This document shows, piece by piece, positions 48,405-58,810 of a stretch of DNA of 64,000 bases. This DNA comes from Candidatus Caldarchaeales archaeon. Its GTDB lineage: Archaea; Thermoproteota; Nitrososphaeria_A; Caldarchaeales; Wolframiiraptoraceae. Where the stretch lies: contig JBCNVN010000001.1 of the NCBI GenBank assembly GCA_039630055.1, positions 160,544 to 224,543 on the forward strand, given 5' to 3'. Position numbers and translations under genes: made by a program. Below the pieces are notes generated by a model that worked only from the letters and a program-made list of their open reading frames with translations, did not search any database and was not told the DNA's origin. Position 1 is the stretch's first letter. Every line of letters begins with the position of its first letter.

Positions 48405-49640
48405 CTATCCATAGAACCATGGTTCTACAACGTTAGACCAGACCGGTATTGTCTTATAGTTTTCAGGCGTTACAGCCACTGCACGACAAACAATCCATCT
48501 ATGACCATGTAGTTCGGCGCAGACCGTCGGAGCCCAATATTGATCTCTGAAAGGTCTAACACCTTTAGGTGTCTCTATATCTTCTACAAATAGATTGTAA
48601 CTTCCATCTGGTTGTGGTCCAAGTTTCTTTGTTGGATCGGAGATTATAGGTTGCCCGATCTCGGGTAGCGCTCTCTCCCCTTGTTCCTTAATAATTCTCA
48701 GACATTTTAGTGCTAATGCGCCATAGAACAGGTTTGGTTGGTCCATCACTAGATCTACAAACCCTTCTCCTATCAACGGCATAATGCTTGGAGACGAGTC
48801 AATACCTATAACAGGTATATGTCCCTCTTTACCTCTTGGAACTGCTTTTTCAAGAGACTTCAAAGCCTCAACTGCTCCGAGAGTCTTGTTTAAATCTGTA
48901 GACATTATAAGGTCTGGAAAACCATGGGCAAGGATCGCCTCCGTCGTCGCCTTCTTACCTGTCTCTACAGAATGATATCCAGTGAACTCGAGAATCTCGA
49001 CATCGTATTTTTTGATGATATCTATGAATCCCCTCGCTCTAGCCATCTGAACAGGGTTCTCTGCTACGTCTCTCATCACAAATATCGTACCTTCAATCTT
49101 CCCTCCATTCTTTTCAACGAACTTAACATATTCTTCAGCTAATTGTTGCCCAATCTTAAAATTGTCCACAAGTATACTTATGCTTATCTTCTTTGTATTT
49201 GCACTCCCATCATAGGTAACGACTGGAACTCCCCTATTAACTGCTTCCTCGATCACGGCTACAGCGCCATCTTCAGTACATGGACAGCCCATGATACCGT
49301 CAACACCTTGAGCAAGCATATATCTAATATCCTTATTCTGAGATTCTTGGGAACCTCTTGGATCTAATGTTAACACGGTATCTCCAACATATTGAGCATA
49401 GTATACTAGAGCTCGGTTAAGAGCGATATACCACTCATCGGTCATAACATATGGAGAGTCTCCCCATAAATACCCTTTTTTCCTAGCAACGGTGGGAGTA
49501 GGTGGTGAAATAGCTGTGGTTGCTAGATATGTTCCAAGACTTCCCGCCACTATCCCTGCAGCTATCCCGACTCCAACTTTAGCCCCAGTACTTAGTGCCT
49601 CTCTTCTCGTTACACGTTTACTTAGAATATCTCTCTTCAT
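48405..49640 (-). CDS. Sugar ABC transporter substrate-binding protein (ribose/CUT2-type periplasmic binding fold)
   Basis: N-terminal twin-Arg-like TRREAL followed by a TM/signal segment, then a LacI/RbsB-like fold (DGIMGCPC..., VVTYDG). Confidence 0.7.
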   Translation of the reverse strand: MKRDILSKRVTRREALSTGAKVGVGIAAGIVAGSLGTYLATTAISPPTPTVARKKGYLWGDSPYVMTDEWYIALNRALVYYAQYVGDTVLTLDPRGSQESQNKDIRYMLAQGVDGIMGCPCTEDGAVAVIEEAVNRGVPVVTYDGSANTKKISISILVDNFKIGQQLAEEYVKFVEKNGGKIEGTIFVMRDVAENPVQMARARGFIDIIKKYDVEILEFTGYHSVETGKKATTEAILAHGFPDLIMSTDLNKTLGAVEALKSLEKAVPRGKEGHIPVIGIDSSPSIMPLIGEGFVDLVMDQPNLFYGALALKCLRIIKEQGERALPEIGQPIISDPTKKLGPQPDGSYNLFVEDIETPKGVRPFRDQYWAPTVCAELHGHRWIVCRAVAVTPENYKTIPVWSNVVEPWFYG

Positions 49641-49769
49641 ATCAGTTTCTCGATTTTTATAAAGTTGAGAATTATTTATTTATTTCTTCTTAATATTTAT
49701 TCTCATATCTTACAGCTTATCAAAAATTTATATTGTGCTGAATTTTCTAGGGTTTGTGGAGCTGTTAAG

Positions 49770-50552
49770 ATGGTAAAAGATTATGATTCGAGAGAGATTC
49801 CCCTTTTAAGATTACGAAATATTCATAAGTATTTTGGTAAAGTCCATGCTCTTAAAGGGGTTGATCTAGACATCTATGAAGGTGAAATTATTGGACTTAT
49901 TGGTGATAATGGTGCTGGAAAGTCTACTTTAACCAAGATAATCGCAGGTGTAATCCGTAAAGACTCAGGAGAGATCTACTTGAATGGAAGGAAAATTGAG
50001 ATTAAAAGTGTTAATGATGCTCGTAAGCTGGGAATAGAAGTAGCATTCCAAGAGATGACATTAATAGATTCTCTAGATATTGGATTGAATATATTTCTTG
50101 GAAGAGAGCCAGTAAAACAAAGATTACCCATCTTTCTCGATTATGATAAGATGTACAGCGAGTCGAGAAGCATCTTAAAGCAACTGGGATTAAGAACCTC
50201 GGATAGCCCTAAAAGAGAAGTAAGATTCTTATCTGGAGGAGAAAAACAAGGAATAGTCGTAGCTAGAGCGATGTTATTCCAATCTAAACTAGTTATTTTA
50301 GACGAGCCTACGAGAAACCTCTCAGTAGCAGGGGTTAGAATGGTGCTAGATTTTATAAGAAGTTTAAAAGAGAAAAAAATTGCATGTATATTTATCTCAC
50401 ATACGCTACACCATGTATATGAGGTAGCAGATAGGATCGTGCTACTCTCTCTAGGTAAGAAGATAATTGATGTTCCAAAGTCTCGCTATAACATTGAAGA
50501 ATTAGAGAACATGATTATAGAGAGAACTATGAAGCAAGATATTTCAGCATAG
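49770..50552 (+). CDS. ABC transporter ATP-binding protein (single NBD)
   Basis: Walker A GDNGAGKST, signature LSGGEKQ and Walker B LVILDEP. The track ORF starts at TTG 49665, but the ATG at 49770 (MVKDYDS) gives a normal N-terminus. Confidence 0.85.
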   Translation: MVKDYDSREIPLLRLRNIHKYFGKVHALKGVDLDIYEGEIIGLIGDNGAGKSTLTKIIAGVIRKDSGEIYLNGRKIEIKSVNDARKLGIEVAFQEMTLIDSLDIGLNIFLGREPVKQRLPIFLDYDKMYSESRSILKQLGLRTSDSPKREVRFLSGGEKQGIVVARAMLFQSKLVILDEPTRNLSVAGVRMVLDFIRSLKEKKIACIFISHTLHHVYEVADRIVLLSLGKKIIDVPKSRYNIEELENMIIERTMKQDISA

Positions 50553-50553
50553 G

Positions 50554-51579
50554 ATGGAAACATATTTATCTAATAGTGATGGAATAGAGAATATGAGAAG
50601 CAGAGATTATGGATTTAATCTAAGACAGAATACATTACTATTCATGTTGGAGAATGCTGTCTGGCCATTATTCATAGTAATATACATTGTTCTAGGAACA
50701 ATCCAACCTGTAATATTCTCTCCAAACTTCTTCATGTATATTATATATCTTTCAGTACCTTTAGGATTTGCAATACTCGCCCAGACAATATGCCTCATAG
50801 GAGGTGTGCTTGATCTCTCAATAGGAAGTATAGTCGGTTTCTCAGCGATGATCGCAGGCGTCATCTTGAAGGATTCCCCCTTAATTCCCCCACCTCTCTC
50901 GTTCATATTACCTATATTCTTCGGACTCCTATGTGGATTGTTTAACGGCTACTTCATAGGTTTTCTCAGACTCAATCCATTCATAGTAACTCTCGCTACG
51001 ATGATGGCCCTCCAAGGGTTAAAGATAATCGTTGCCGGTGGATTCACTATACCGGGCGGCTATCTCCCCGAGATCTATCTATTCCCAGGGTCGAACATAA
51101 CTTTCTCAATCGTTTCATTTCTATTTACAGTAGTATTAGTATGGATTTTTCTCCGATATACCAGGCCAGGTATACATGTTTACGTTGTGGGAGGGAATCA
51201 AGATGTTGCGCACATGATGGGTGTAGATCCAAGAAAGATGATATTTTTGATCTTTGGTATAAGTGGCATGTTCGCTGGCATATCAGGACTATACTATACA
51301 GGTTTTAACAGATCCGTTCCGATAACTTTGGGGAATGAAGTATTATTCCCAACCTTTGCAGCGGCAATCATCAGTGGCGTCTCTTTAAGAGGTGGCAGAG
51401 GTAACGTACTGAATGTCGTTGGAGGAGCTTTATTACTTGGAGTAATAGAAGCCTTTCTAGTAACTTTCGCTGTATCCCCTGAAGCTAGAATAGTGGGCTA
51501 TGGTCTCATGGTACTTATAGCTGTACTATTCAACCAGTTCAGAGATAATATTAGAGATAATCTCCTGAGACGAATTTAG
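50554..51579 (+). CDS. Sugar ABC transporter permease (RbsC/CUT2-like)
   Basis: 341-aa polytopic protein. It starts 2 nt after the ATPase gene. Confidence 0.8.
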   Translation: METYLSNSDGIENMRSRDYGFNLRQNTLLFMLENAVWPLFIVIYIVLGTIQPVIFSPNFFMYIIYLSVPLGFAILAQTICLIGGVLDLSIGSIVGFSAMIAGVILKDSPLIPPPLSFILPIFFGLLCGLFNGYFIGFLRLNPFIVTLATMMALQGLKIIVAGGFTIPGGYLPEIYLFPGSNITFSIVSFLFTVVLVWIFLRYTRPGIHVYVVGGNQDVAHMMGVDPRKMIFLIFGISGMFAGISGLYYTGFNRSVPITLGNEVLFPTFAAAIISGVSLRGGRGNVLNVVGGALLLGVIEAFLVTFAVSPEARIVGYGLMVLIAVLFNQFRDNIRDNLLRRI

Positions 51580-51632
51580 GCCTCAAAATAAATTTGGATT
51601 AGAGAATATTCTTTTCTATATTTCTCGGTTTC

Positions 51633-52391
51633 TCATATCTTCTTTGCCAGCCAGTTGATTATTCTCTCCCATAAAATATCGTAGTATTCCCAGTTTAAGA
51701 ATTCGTATGTCCCCCAGTGTGGAGCACAATCAGATGTAAATGCTGCGGTACGTCCTTTACCAATCTCCCAAACAGCTAGTATAGAATCATTGTTATACTC
51801 TGCTATCATAGTAGCATTCTTCTTTAATATCGTTTTATTGTAACCTAAGAGCATTGGCCAGACATCTGGTAGCTCTCTTCCAATAGGGTGATTTTTATTA
51901 GTGACTTTCGGATTAAATCCTTCAGGTACTTCTACTCTGTCATCGAAGTTTAATAATTCTACTGGAAGAATTTCTTCGATCGGAGAATTTTTATAACCGC
52001 CGATTCCATGTAAACCTTGAAAAGACAAGTAGCCACCGATCATCAAGAAACCCTTACCATAATTTATAACGTAATCTTTTATAAGCTTCAATCTGTTAGG
52101 TCTAGGTCTACTCTTTACGAAAACCTCTGGATGGAGCAGTAGGTTGTTACTACCAACATCACTTAAAATAACGACATCATACTTTAATATCTCATCAATG
52201 GTTTCAGGGAAAGCCATTGCAGCAGCCATCGTAGGTATATGCTCAACCTCGAAACCCCTCCTTTTTAATGCTTCTCTCAGAAAGGCCCCCTCATCTTCAT
52301 AGTTAGAGGCTATCATGAACTCTAATACTCCCTTATCAAAGAAGCGGTGTATAACCAGCGATTCACCAACAAAAAGAACTTTTGTCGACAT
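51633..52391 (-). CDS. Class-I glutamine-amidotransferase-like / ThuA-like fold protein (tentative)
   Basis: 252 aa. KVLFVGES... and VVILSDVGSN... suggest a flavodoxin-like GATase-1 fold. This is a weak call by resemblance. Confidence 0.35.
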   Translation of the reverse strand: MSTKVLFVGESLVIHRFFDKGVLEFMIASNYEDEGAFLREALKRRGFEVEHIPTMAAAMAFPETIDEILKYDVVILSDVGSNNLLLHPEVFVKSRPRPNRLKLIKDYVINYGKGFLMIGGYLSFQGLHGIGGYKNSPIEEILPVELLNFDDRVEVPEGFNPKVTNKNHPIGRELPDVWPMLLGYNKTILKKNATMIAEYNNDSILAVWEIGKGRTAAFTSDCAPHWGTYEFLNWEYYDILWERIINWLAKKI

Positions 52392-52586
52392 GTAATATAT
52401 GCTTCTAGGACCTTAATATTAATGTTCCGTGACAAAGAAAGTTTAAGATCGGTTTCGATCCTATAAATCATTCTGTTCGCGATTCTGGGTAAGCCTCATA
52501 ATAATCTAGAATAGTATCACGTATAACCTGAAAAATAATACTTAATTATCTAAGTTATTTCAAAAACTTATAATATCCCTTGTAAG

Positions 52587-54788
52587 ATGTTATCAGTTGG
52601 AATCCACATGGTGAAGATTATCGTCTTGATCCTGATATCTCAGCTGATCTTCTTACCATCATACATTATAAATGATGATAATTTACATGTCTCAGCGGTA
52701 GAGGATATTAGATATGGTCTAAACAGAGATGGAAACTTCATAAGATTATTGACTCCTGTAGCAGACCTCCTATCGGGACCAGTATGGCTTAGACTGCGTA
52801 ATATAGATGTATATGAACCATCGTTAACATCTAGTATTACTCCTTCGCAAGCTGCTCTTCCAGTAAAACTTCCATACAGAGTTCCATCCCCCAAATTTAG
52901 TAGAAATCTACTAATTTCATTGGATGTTAGTAGGATTCCTTATCAAGCTGAGACGAGTATAGCTGTAAATCCGAGAAATCCAGAGAATATCGTTATTGGA
53001 ATGAATGATTATGGTGTTTACAGTCCTTCAGCCTATGCTAGCCTCGATGGTGGTGAGACATGGATAGGTCCACATGCAATGACACCTCTGTTGAAAGATG
53101 ATTACGGCTCAGACGTGTCTCTAGCATTCGATAGAGAGGGAAGAGTCTACTTTGCATACATGTCTATCGGCTTCAAGTTCATAGTTGTTAATAGGATAGT
53201 CTTTGGAGATGAGAAGGCAAGTATAGTGGTCTCCAGGTCTGATGATGGAGGGTTTACATGGAGTTTGCCGAGGATAGCTGCCTTAGGAGACATATATGCT
53301 TTAGAGAACCATGTGATCATATTATTCCTAGATAGGCCGAGAATAACTATCGGTCCAGACCCGGAAGATCCGAAAAGAGATAGAATATATGTTACATACA
53401 CTGAGTTCGCTCTATCATATCCAATCATCCCAGAATATCCCTACGTACTCGCTCCAACAGTCAGTACGACGATTAAATTAGTCTATTCAACGGATGGTGG
53501 AGAGACTTGGAGTTATCCAAAAGCTGTTAGCCCAACCTACTCACATATACTTGGCGAGGAGAGAAGAAGAATAGTCCAGGGATCTAACCCGAAGGTTGGA
53601 AGAGATGGAACATTATATGTAGCCTACTATGACTCGATGGATGAGGGACCTTGGGATGGACTCTTTGCACCATCTATTGTAAAGAGTCTAGATGGTGGGA
53701 AGACCTTTACGAAGCCGGTCCATGTAGATTATTTACCGGAGATGGATTATGAGCTTCCGCCAACCCTATTTAGAGCATGGGTCTCTATGATGCCTCAAAT
53801 AGATATTGGACCTAATAAGGAGATCTATCTCGTAGTAGGTGCTAAGCCAGATGATTCAGATATATTCTTCTACAGGTCTCTGGATGGTGGAGAGACTTGG
53901 AGCATTGCAAAGAAGATTAATGATGATAGGACTAACAGAGACCAGTTTATCCCAGCCATATCTGTAAGCTCTAATGGAACAATTCATGTCTCATGGGCTG
54001 ATAGGAGAGACGACCCTAAAGATATTGAGTATCATATCTACTATACAAAATCTGGAGATAGAGGAGATACTTGGATGGAGAATGTGAGAGTTACAGATTA
54101 TCCATCGAATCCAAACTATGGACTCTATCTATACATTGGAGATTACTTCAGCATATACGCAACAGATGAAGATGTTTACGTTTCTTGGACAGATACGAGG
54201 CTGGGTAGTAGAGGATCACCGAATATGAAGATAGGCTTTGCAAGGACTAAGCATATCCCACTTCCAAGCATATTGATCTCTCCATCATCTGGATTTGGTG
54301 GACAAGAGGTAACCATCGTCGGTGAGAACTTTATACCAGACGGAGAAGTCTATCTTAGAGTTGGAGATGCATTCATCTCGGTTGTAAGAACAGATAAAGA
54401 AGGTAAGTTTCAATCAAAGATATTCATGCCGATCCTTGGTGAGGGACCCTACAAGATTGAAGCAATAGATCTTTCTGGTAATAGAGCGGAGACCTACTTC
54501 TACAGTGAGGTGGGACTAGATACCTTAAGGAAAGAAATACTATCGATAAGCATGGAGTATAATGAGATCTTGGACAAGATCAAGAATGTGAACGCCTCTA
54601 GCATAGAGACTGATAGTAGTAAAGAATTACTAGAGGAAATAGATGATCTAAAGGAAAAGATCTTTGATCTCGAGTCGCAGATATCCTTTATGGAAGGATT
54701 GATCTATCTTCTCCTAGCAATCTCGATAGCGGCGTTCATAGCATTGTCTATAACTTTAAGGTATAGGAAGGTTGTGAAGAATGAATAG
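52587..54788 (+). CDS. Secreted BNR/Asp-box (sialidase-like) beta-propeller protein with a coiled-coil and a C-terminal TM anchor
   Basis: It has a signal peptide and six Asp-boxes: SLDGGETW, SDDGGFTW, STDGGETW, SLDGGKTF, SLDGGETW and SGDRGDTW. An SRIP motif precedes the first blade. The C-terminal TM is LIYLLLAISIAAFIALSI. Confidence 0.75.
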   Translation: MLSVGIHMVKIIVLILISQLIFLPSYIINDDNLHVSAVEDIRYGLNRDGNFIRLLTPVADLLSGPVWLRLRNIDVYEPSLTSSITPSQAALPVKLPYRVPSPKFSRNLLISLDVSRIPYQAETSIAVNPRNPENIVIGMNDYGVYSPSAYASLDGGETWIGPHAMTPLLKDDYGSDVSLAFDREGRVYFAYMSIGFKFIVVNRIVFGDEKASIVVSRSDDGGFTWSLPRIAALGDIYALENHVIILFLDRPRITIGPDPEDPKRDRIYVTYTEFALSYPIIPEYPYVLAPTVSTTIKLVYSTDGGETWSYPKAVSPTYSHILGEERRRIVQGSNPKVGRDGTLYVAYYDSMDEGPWDGLFAPSIVKSLDGGKTFTKPVHVDYLPEMDYELPPTLFRAWVSMMPQIDIGPNKEIYLVVGAKPDDSDIFFYRSLDGGETWSIAKKINDDRTNRDQFIPAISVSSNGTIHVSWADRRDDPKDIEYHIYYTKSGDRGDTWMENVRVTDYPSNPNYGLYLYIGDYFSIYATDEDVYVSWTDTRLGSRGSPNMKIGFARTKHIPLPSILISPSSGFGGQEVTIVGENFIPDGEVYLRVGDAFISVVRTDKEGKFQSKIFMPILGEGPYKIEAIDLSGNRAETYFYSEVGLDTLRKEILSISMEYNEILDKIKNVNASSIETDSSKELLEEIDDLKEKIFDLESQISFMEGLIYLLLAISIAAFIALSITLRYRKVVKNE

Positions 54789-57354
54789 AATAAATCTTCC
54801 AGTACTCTCTATACTATTTTTATCCTTTTTATTAATGCCCATCACGACAATTATTGAAGAATATACGCCCCCACATGATGAGCCTGGGCCAGCAGTTGAT
54901 AGAGTTATCTTCAGGAAAGTTGATCAAGACCAAGCCCCCCTCCTTATAGAGAGAGGAGACATAGATCTCTACCTATATGGTTTGAAGATCGTTACCGCCT
55001 CCCAGTATTTGAAGAGCAAGGTGGTAAACATCTATCAAGCTCCCTCGACAACCATCTCCATCTTACTGAATCCATCTCCCGCAGGAGAAGGTGGGCTTAA
55101 CCCATTCTCTATCCCGGAAGTTAGATTTGCGATAAACTATCTAATCGATAGAGAGTATTTAGCTAAATCGATTTATGGTGGGTTCGCTCTTCCAATGTAC
55201 TCTCATGTTGCCTCGATCGACTACGACTATCTAGTCGTATCAGAAGTTCTCAGAAAATATCGATTATCTTATGATCCAGATTATGCGAAGACAGTTATAA
55301 GTCGAGCGATGGAGAAAGCTGGTGCAAAGCTTGTAGATGGTAGATGGATGTATAATGATAAGCCCATAACATTGAGGTTCATAATTAGAGTGGAGGATGA
55401 GAGGAGAGAGGTCGGAAACATGCTTGCAGAAGAGCTTGAAAAGATGGGCTTCACAGTTATGAGAAGCTATATGGATTTTGCTCAAGCGATCTCGCTAGTA
55501 TATAAGACGGATCCAAAATCATTTGAATGGCATCTCTACACTGAAGGATGGGGTAGAGGAGCCGCCGAGAGATATGATTATGCAACGATAAACCAGATGT
55601 GTGCTCCTTGGCTCGGATACATGCCTGGATGGCTAGAGTACGGATTCTGGCAGTACAAGAACGATAGAATAGATGAGATCGGCAAGAAACTCTTCAAGGG
55701 AGAATACAAGAGTATAGATGAAAGGAATAGGATGTATAGCGAAATGACGGAGATGTGTATATTGGAAGCTATCAGGATATGGGTTCTAACCGTAAATAAT
55801 CCACTAGTCTCTAGGATAGACTTGAAGGGAGTTTCCATGGATCTAGTATCAGGTTTGAGATCCATGTGGACTCTCCGATCAACATATACAGATAAGAATG
55901 AACTTGTAGTGGGTCATCTATGGGTTAGACCCTACATGGGGTCTGCTTGGAACCCGATAGGAGGGCTCACAGATATTTACAGTGTAGATATATGGAAGCA
56001 GCTCTATGATCCACCTTTAACGAGAGATCCGTCTACGGGGATACCGATACCTTTCAGGGCAGAGTTTAGAGTAGTAGAATCTAGACCTGAGAGTGTTATC
56101 GATGTTCCAGGAGATGCATTTATCTGGAGCGTGGAGACAGATAGTTGGTCCTACGTTCCTCCTGGAACAAAGGCTAAAAGTAAAGTCATCTTTAATTATG
56201 CTAAATACTTTAACTCGAGATGGCATCATGGAGTAGAGATCACACTTGCAGACCTATTATACTCGATCTATCAATCCTTTGAAATAGTCTATGACCCTGA
56301 GAAGTCACGTATAGAGGTGGCTCTCTCAGCGACTAGGAAACCTATTCTAGAAACATTTAAAGGATTCAGGATAATCAATCAGACAGCTATAGAGGTATAC
56401 GTAGATTATTCAAACCCCTTCATAGAGTATGTTGCAGAGTATGCGGAACCATGGGGAGCGGCCATGCCTTGGGAGCTACTCTACTCTATGGATATATTGG
56501 TTTTCGATGAAGGGTTTGCAGCATATACAGATACGGCCTCTGCCAGGTTACAGGTTAAATGGCTTGACCTGATAGAACCTCTACAATGTAGAAGACTAGT
56601 CAACATATTTGAGAGACTGTATGAACAGAGAAAGTACCCTTCAAACGTATTCAATCTACATGGTAGAGAGGTTGAGACGGTAGAAAATAGTCTGAAGAGG
56701 TATAGGGCTATGATTGAATGGTTTAGAGAACGGGGTCATCTGGTCGTGAGTAATGGCCCATTCTATCTAGAGAAGATGGGATCAGTTACTGAACAATATG
56801 CTGAGATAAAGGCTTTCAGAGATGAATACTATCCATTCAAGCCTAAAGATTTCTACTTCGGTATTCCGAAGAAGATTGAGTTATTCACACCGACATTTCT
56901 GAAGATAGCTAGAGGTGATGAAATCCGATTGGAGATAGATATTAGAGGGGTTGAGGAATCATATATCAAGATAGTGCTCACAAACCCATATACTCAAGAA
57001 TTTATCTATCGTGATGAGATTAAAGTAGAGGAGGGTAAAACATCCATAACTATTCCTAGAGATGTATCTGGAAGATTAGAGGTTGGTGTATACCAGATCT
57101 ATCTAACCGCTTACAGTCATTTAACATCTCTCATTTCTGAGAGAATCATCGAGTTAAGCATAACAGAGGAGGTTGAGAAGACTACGATTACATATAGAAG
57201 TGAAGAAACTACACCTACCCAAACTCTAACCGGGACACTTGAAGCCCCAACCACAATACTGATAATAATTCTAATCTTAGTCTCTCTTGCGATTGTAGCT
57301 TCATTTATGATAAGAAGGAAGGTTAAGAAGCCTTCTGAGAAGTCTTCTCCATGA
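54781..57354 (+). CDS. Family-5 (Opp/Dpp-type) ABC substrate-binding protein with a C-terminal extension, Thr-rich linker and TM anchor
   Basis: 857 aa with EVRFAINYLIDREYLAKSIYGG, typical of family 5. The C-terminus is TTPTQTLTGTLEAPTT followed by a TM. It overlaps the BNR gene by 8 nt. Confidence 0.75.
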   Translation: MNRINLPVLSILFLSFLLMPITTIIEEYTPPHDEPGPAVDRVIFRKVDQDQAPLLIERGDIDLYLYGLKIVTASQYLKSKVVNIYQAPSTTISILLNPSPAGEGGLNPFSIPEVRFAINYLIDREYLAKSIYGGFALPMYSHVASIDYDYLVVSEVLRKYRLSYDPDYAKTVISRAMEKAGAKLVDGRWMYNDKPITLRFIIRVEDERREVGNMLAEELEKMGFTVMRSYMDFAQAISLVYKTDPKSFEWHLYTEGWGRGAAERYDYATINQMCAPWLGYMPGWLEYGFWQYKNDRIDEIGKKLFKGEYKSIDERNRMYSEMTEMCILEAIRIWVLTVNNPLVSRIDLKGVSMDLVSGLRSMWTLRSTYTDKNELVVGHLWVRPYMGSAWNPIGGLTDIYSVDIWKQLYDPPLTRDPSTGIPIPFRAEFRVVESRPESVIDVPGDAFIWSVETDSWSYVPPGTKAKSKVIFNYAKYFNSRWHHGVEITLADLLYSIYQSFEIVYDPEKSRIEVALSATRKPILETFKGFRIINQTAIEVYVDYSNPFIEYVAEYAEPWGAAMPWELLYSMDILVFDEGFAAYTDTASARLQVKWLDLIEPLQCRRLVNIFERLYEQRKYPSNVFNLHGREVETVENSLKRYRAMIEWFRERGHLVVSNGPFYLEKMGSVTEQYAEIKAFRDEYYPFKPKDFYFGIPKKIELFTPTFLKIARGDEIRLEIDIRGVEESYIKIVLTNPYTQEFIYRDEIKVEEGKTSITIPRDVSGRLEVGVYQIYLTAYSHLTSLISERIIELSITEEVEKTTITYRSEETTPTQTLTGTLEAPTTILIIILILVSLAIVASFMIRRKVKKPSEKSSP

Positions 57355-57991
57355 TAGTTTTAAGCGATTCCAAGACCATTCCAAGCCCGATGATTATTGA
57401 GACCGAGAGTATCATTAACCCTAAAAACATCCATGGAAACCTTTCAATATATTCTACATGAGTGGTTCTCACGGTTTCGTAAACAGTCTTGGTAACAGTT
57501 TCTACAGTTATGATAGGTCTAGATATCGTTTCGTATACTGGAAACTTCTCAGTTATAGTAGTGGTGACAGTACTAGTCGGAAGATCCTCAACCCGTAAAG
57601 TAATCGTGTACAATCCACTAGAACCGAGGAATGGAACTACTACGATATAGTAGTATCCAGAGGAAGACGCTTGATAAGAGATCCTTTCATAGTAACCTCT
57701 ACCAAGATCGCTGCTCTCGATTAGCTCTCTTTCAGGGCTTAAAAGATATAGGTCAAAGTCGGCCTCGGATGGAACCCTGAGTACTATGTGGAGTATCTGA
57801 TTTGTATCCAACCAGATCTTGAAGAAATGATCTCTAGTACCATCCATATAGAGATCATATGTTCCAGTATGCAACTCGGTGGCGGTAGAGAAACCTATCC
57901 CCGGCTCGATCCTAGACAGAGCATAAACCGAGTATAAGGAGAATGCTAAGAAAATAGTCTGGGCGATAATAGCTAAGACCTTTTTCTTCAT
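57323..57991 (-). CDS. Secreted PPC-like (pre-peptidase C-terminal-type) domain protein with a Thr-rich stalk and TM anchor
   Basis: It has a signal peptide and the pattern HFFKIWLD...DFDLYLLSP...YYYIVVVPFLGSSGLYTITL. This is followed by TVTTTITE...VETVTKTVYETV and a TM segment. Its 3-prime end overlaps the convergent SBP gene by 32 nt. Confidence 0.5.
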   Translation of the reverse strand: MKKKVLAIIAQTIFLAFSLYSVYALSRIEPGIGFSTATELHTGTYDLYMDGTRDHFFKIWLDTNQILHIVLRVPSEADFDLYLLSPERELIESSDLGRGYYERISYQASSSGYYYIVVVPFLGSSGLYTITLRVEDLPTSTVTTTITEKFPVYETISRPIITVETVTKTVYETVRTTHVEYIERFPWMFLGLMILSVSIIIGLGMVLESLKTIMEKTSQKAS

Positions 57992-58716
57992 GTCAACTCC
58001 TCCAATATTCTCAGTGCCTCTCCGATATCAGAAATAACTACAATGTAGATTTCTTCTCTAAGCTTTGATATATTTGATCCATATGCTTCTGCTTCTGGTG
58101 GAAAAGAAAGAATCCAATTACATAGCTGTTCAGGCGTAGGATCTGATGGTATAGACTCAACCCAATCAAAGTAACTATCTAGATATAACATTATAGCATC
58201 TACTGTGATAGCAAGGTTTGGATTTATCTTGTATAAGCCGGCTCTTGTATCATTCCAGAATATTCTTGCCTCAGTTCGATTAGCCGGGGGCTCAGTTTTT
58301 AGGATAACCAGAAGCTCTCTATCATTCTTTAACCTATCTATAACTGTCCGAACTTCCATTAAACGGTTCTTAAGTTCTAGTCTCTCTCTACCACATTCTA
58401 CACATGAATAGTTTAGCCTCATGATCTCTCTATCTTTATCTTGTAGTTTAGTTATTAGTCTAGATAGTTCTTTATCGAGATGGTCAAGTTGGGTGTCAAG
58501 CTTGATCTTTTCAGATTCGAGTTTTAGAACTCTATCCTCCAGATGCTCTATAATAGATCTCAATTCACTATTCTCCTTTTCGAGTTCTTCTATTCTAGAT
58601 GTTTTTAAGGAGATCTGTTCTCTAGCATAGTAGTCGCTCAGATAGTATCCTGAAAGAAAGCTTACCACTACTAATATCAAGATTACTGTATAGATTAGAT
58701 ACACTGGGGCCCTCAT
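57988..58716 (-). CDS. N-terminally anchored coiled-coil protein, unknown function
   Basis: It has an N-terminal TM segment, then a heptad-rich region (EELEKENSELRSIIEHLEDRVLKLESEKIKLDTQLDHLDKEL). It overlaps the downstream gene by 4 nt. Confidence 0.5.
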   Translation of the reverse strand: MRAPVYLIYTVILILVVVSFLSGYYLSDYYAREQISLKTSRIEELEKENSELRSIIEHLEDRVLKLESEKIKLDTQLDHLDKELSRLITKLQDKDREIMRLNYSCVECGRERLELKNRLMEVRTVIDRLKNDRELLVILKTEPPANRTEARIFWNDTRAGLYKINPNLAITVDAIMLYLDSYFDWVESIPSDPTPEQLCNWILSFPPEAEAYGSNISKLREEIYIVVISDIGEALRILEELT

Positions 58717-58810
58717 TCTACGAGACCTTCAATCAGCACATATATATCTCTTTCCAAACTAATTAGAAAACTTAACTAGAAAGCAAGATTAAAAGTTTGT
58801 AGATACGGTC

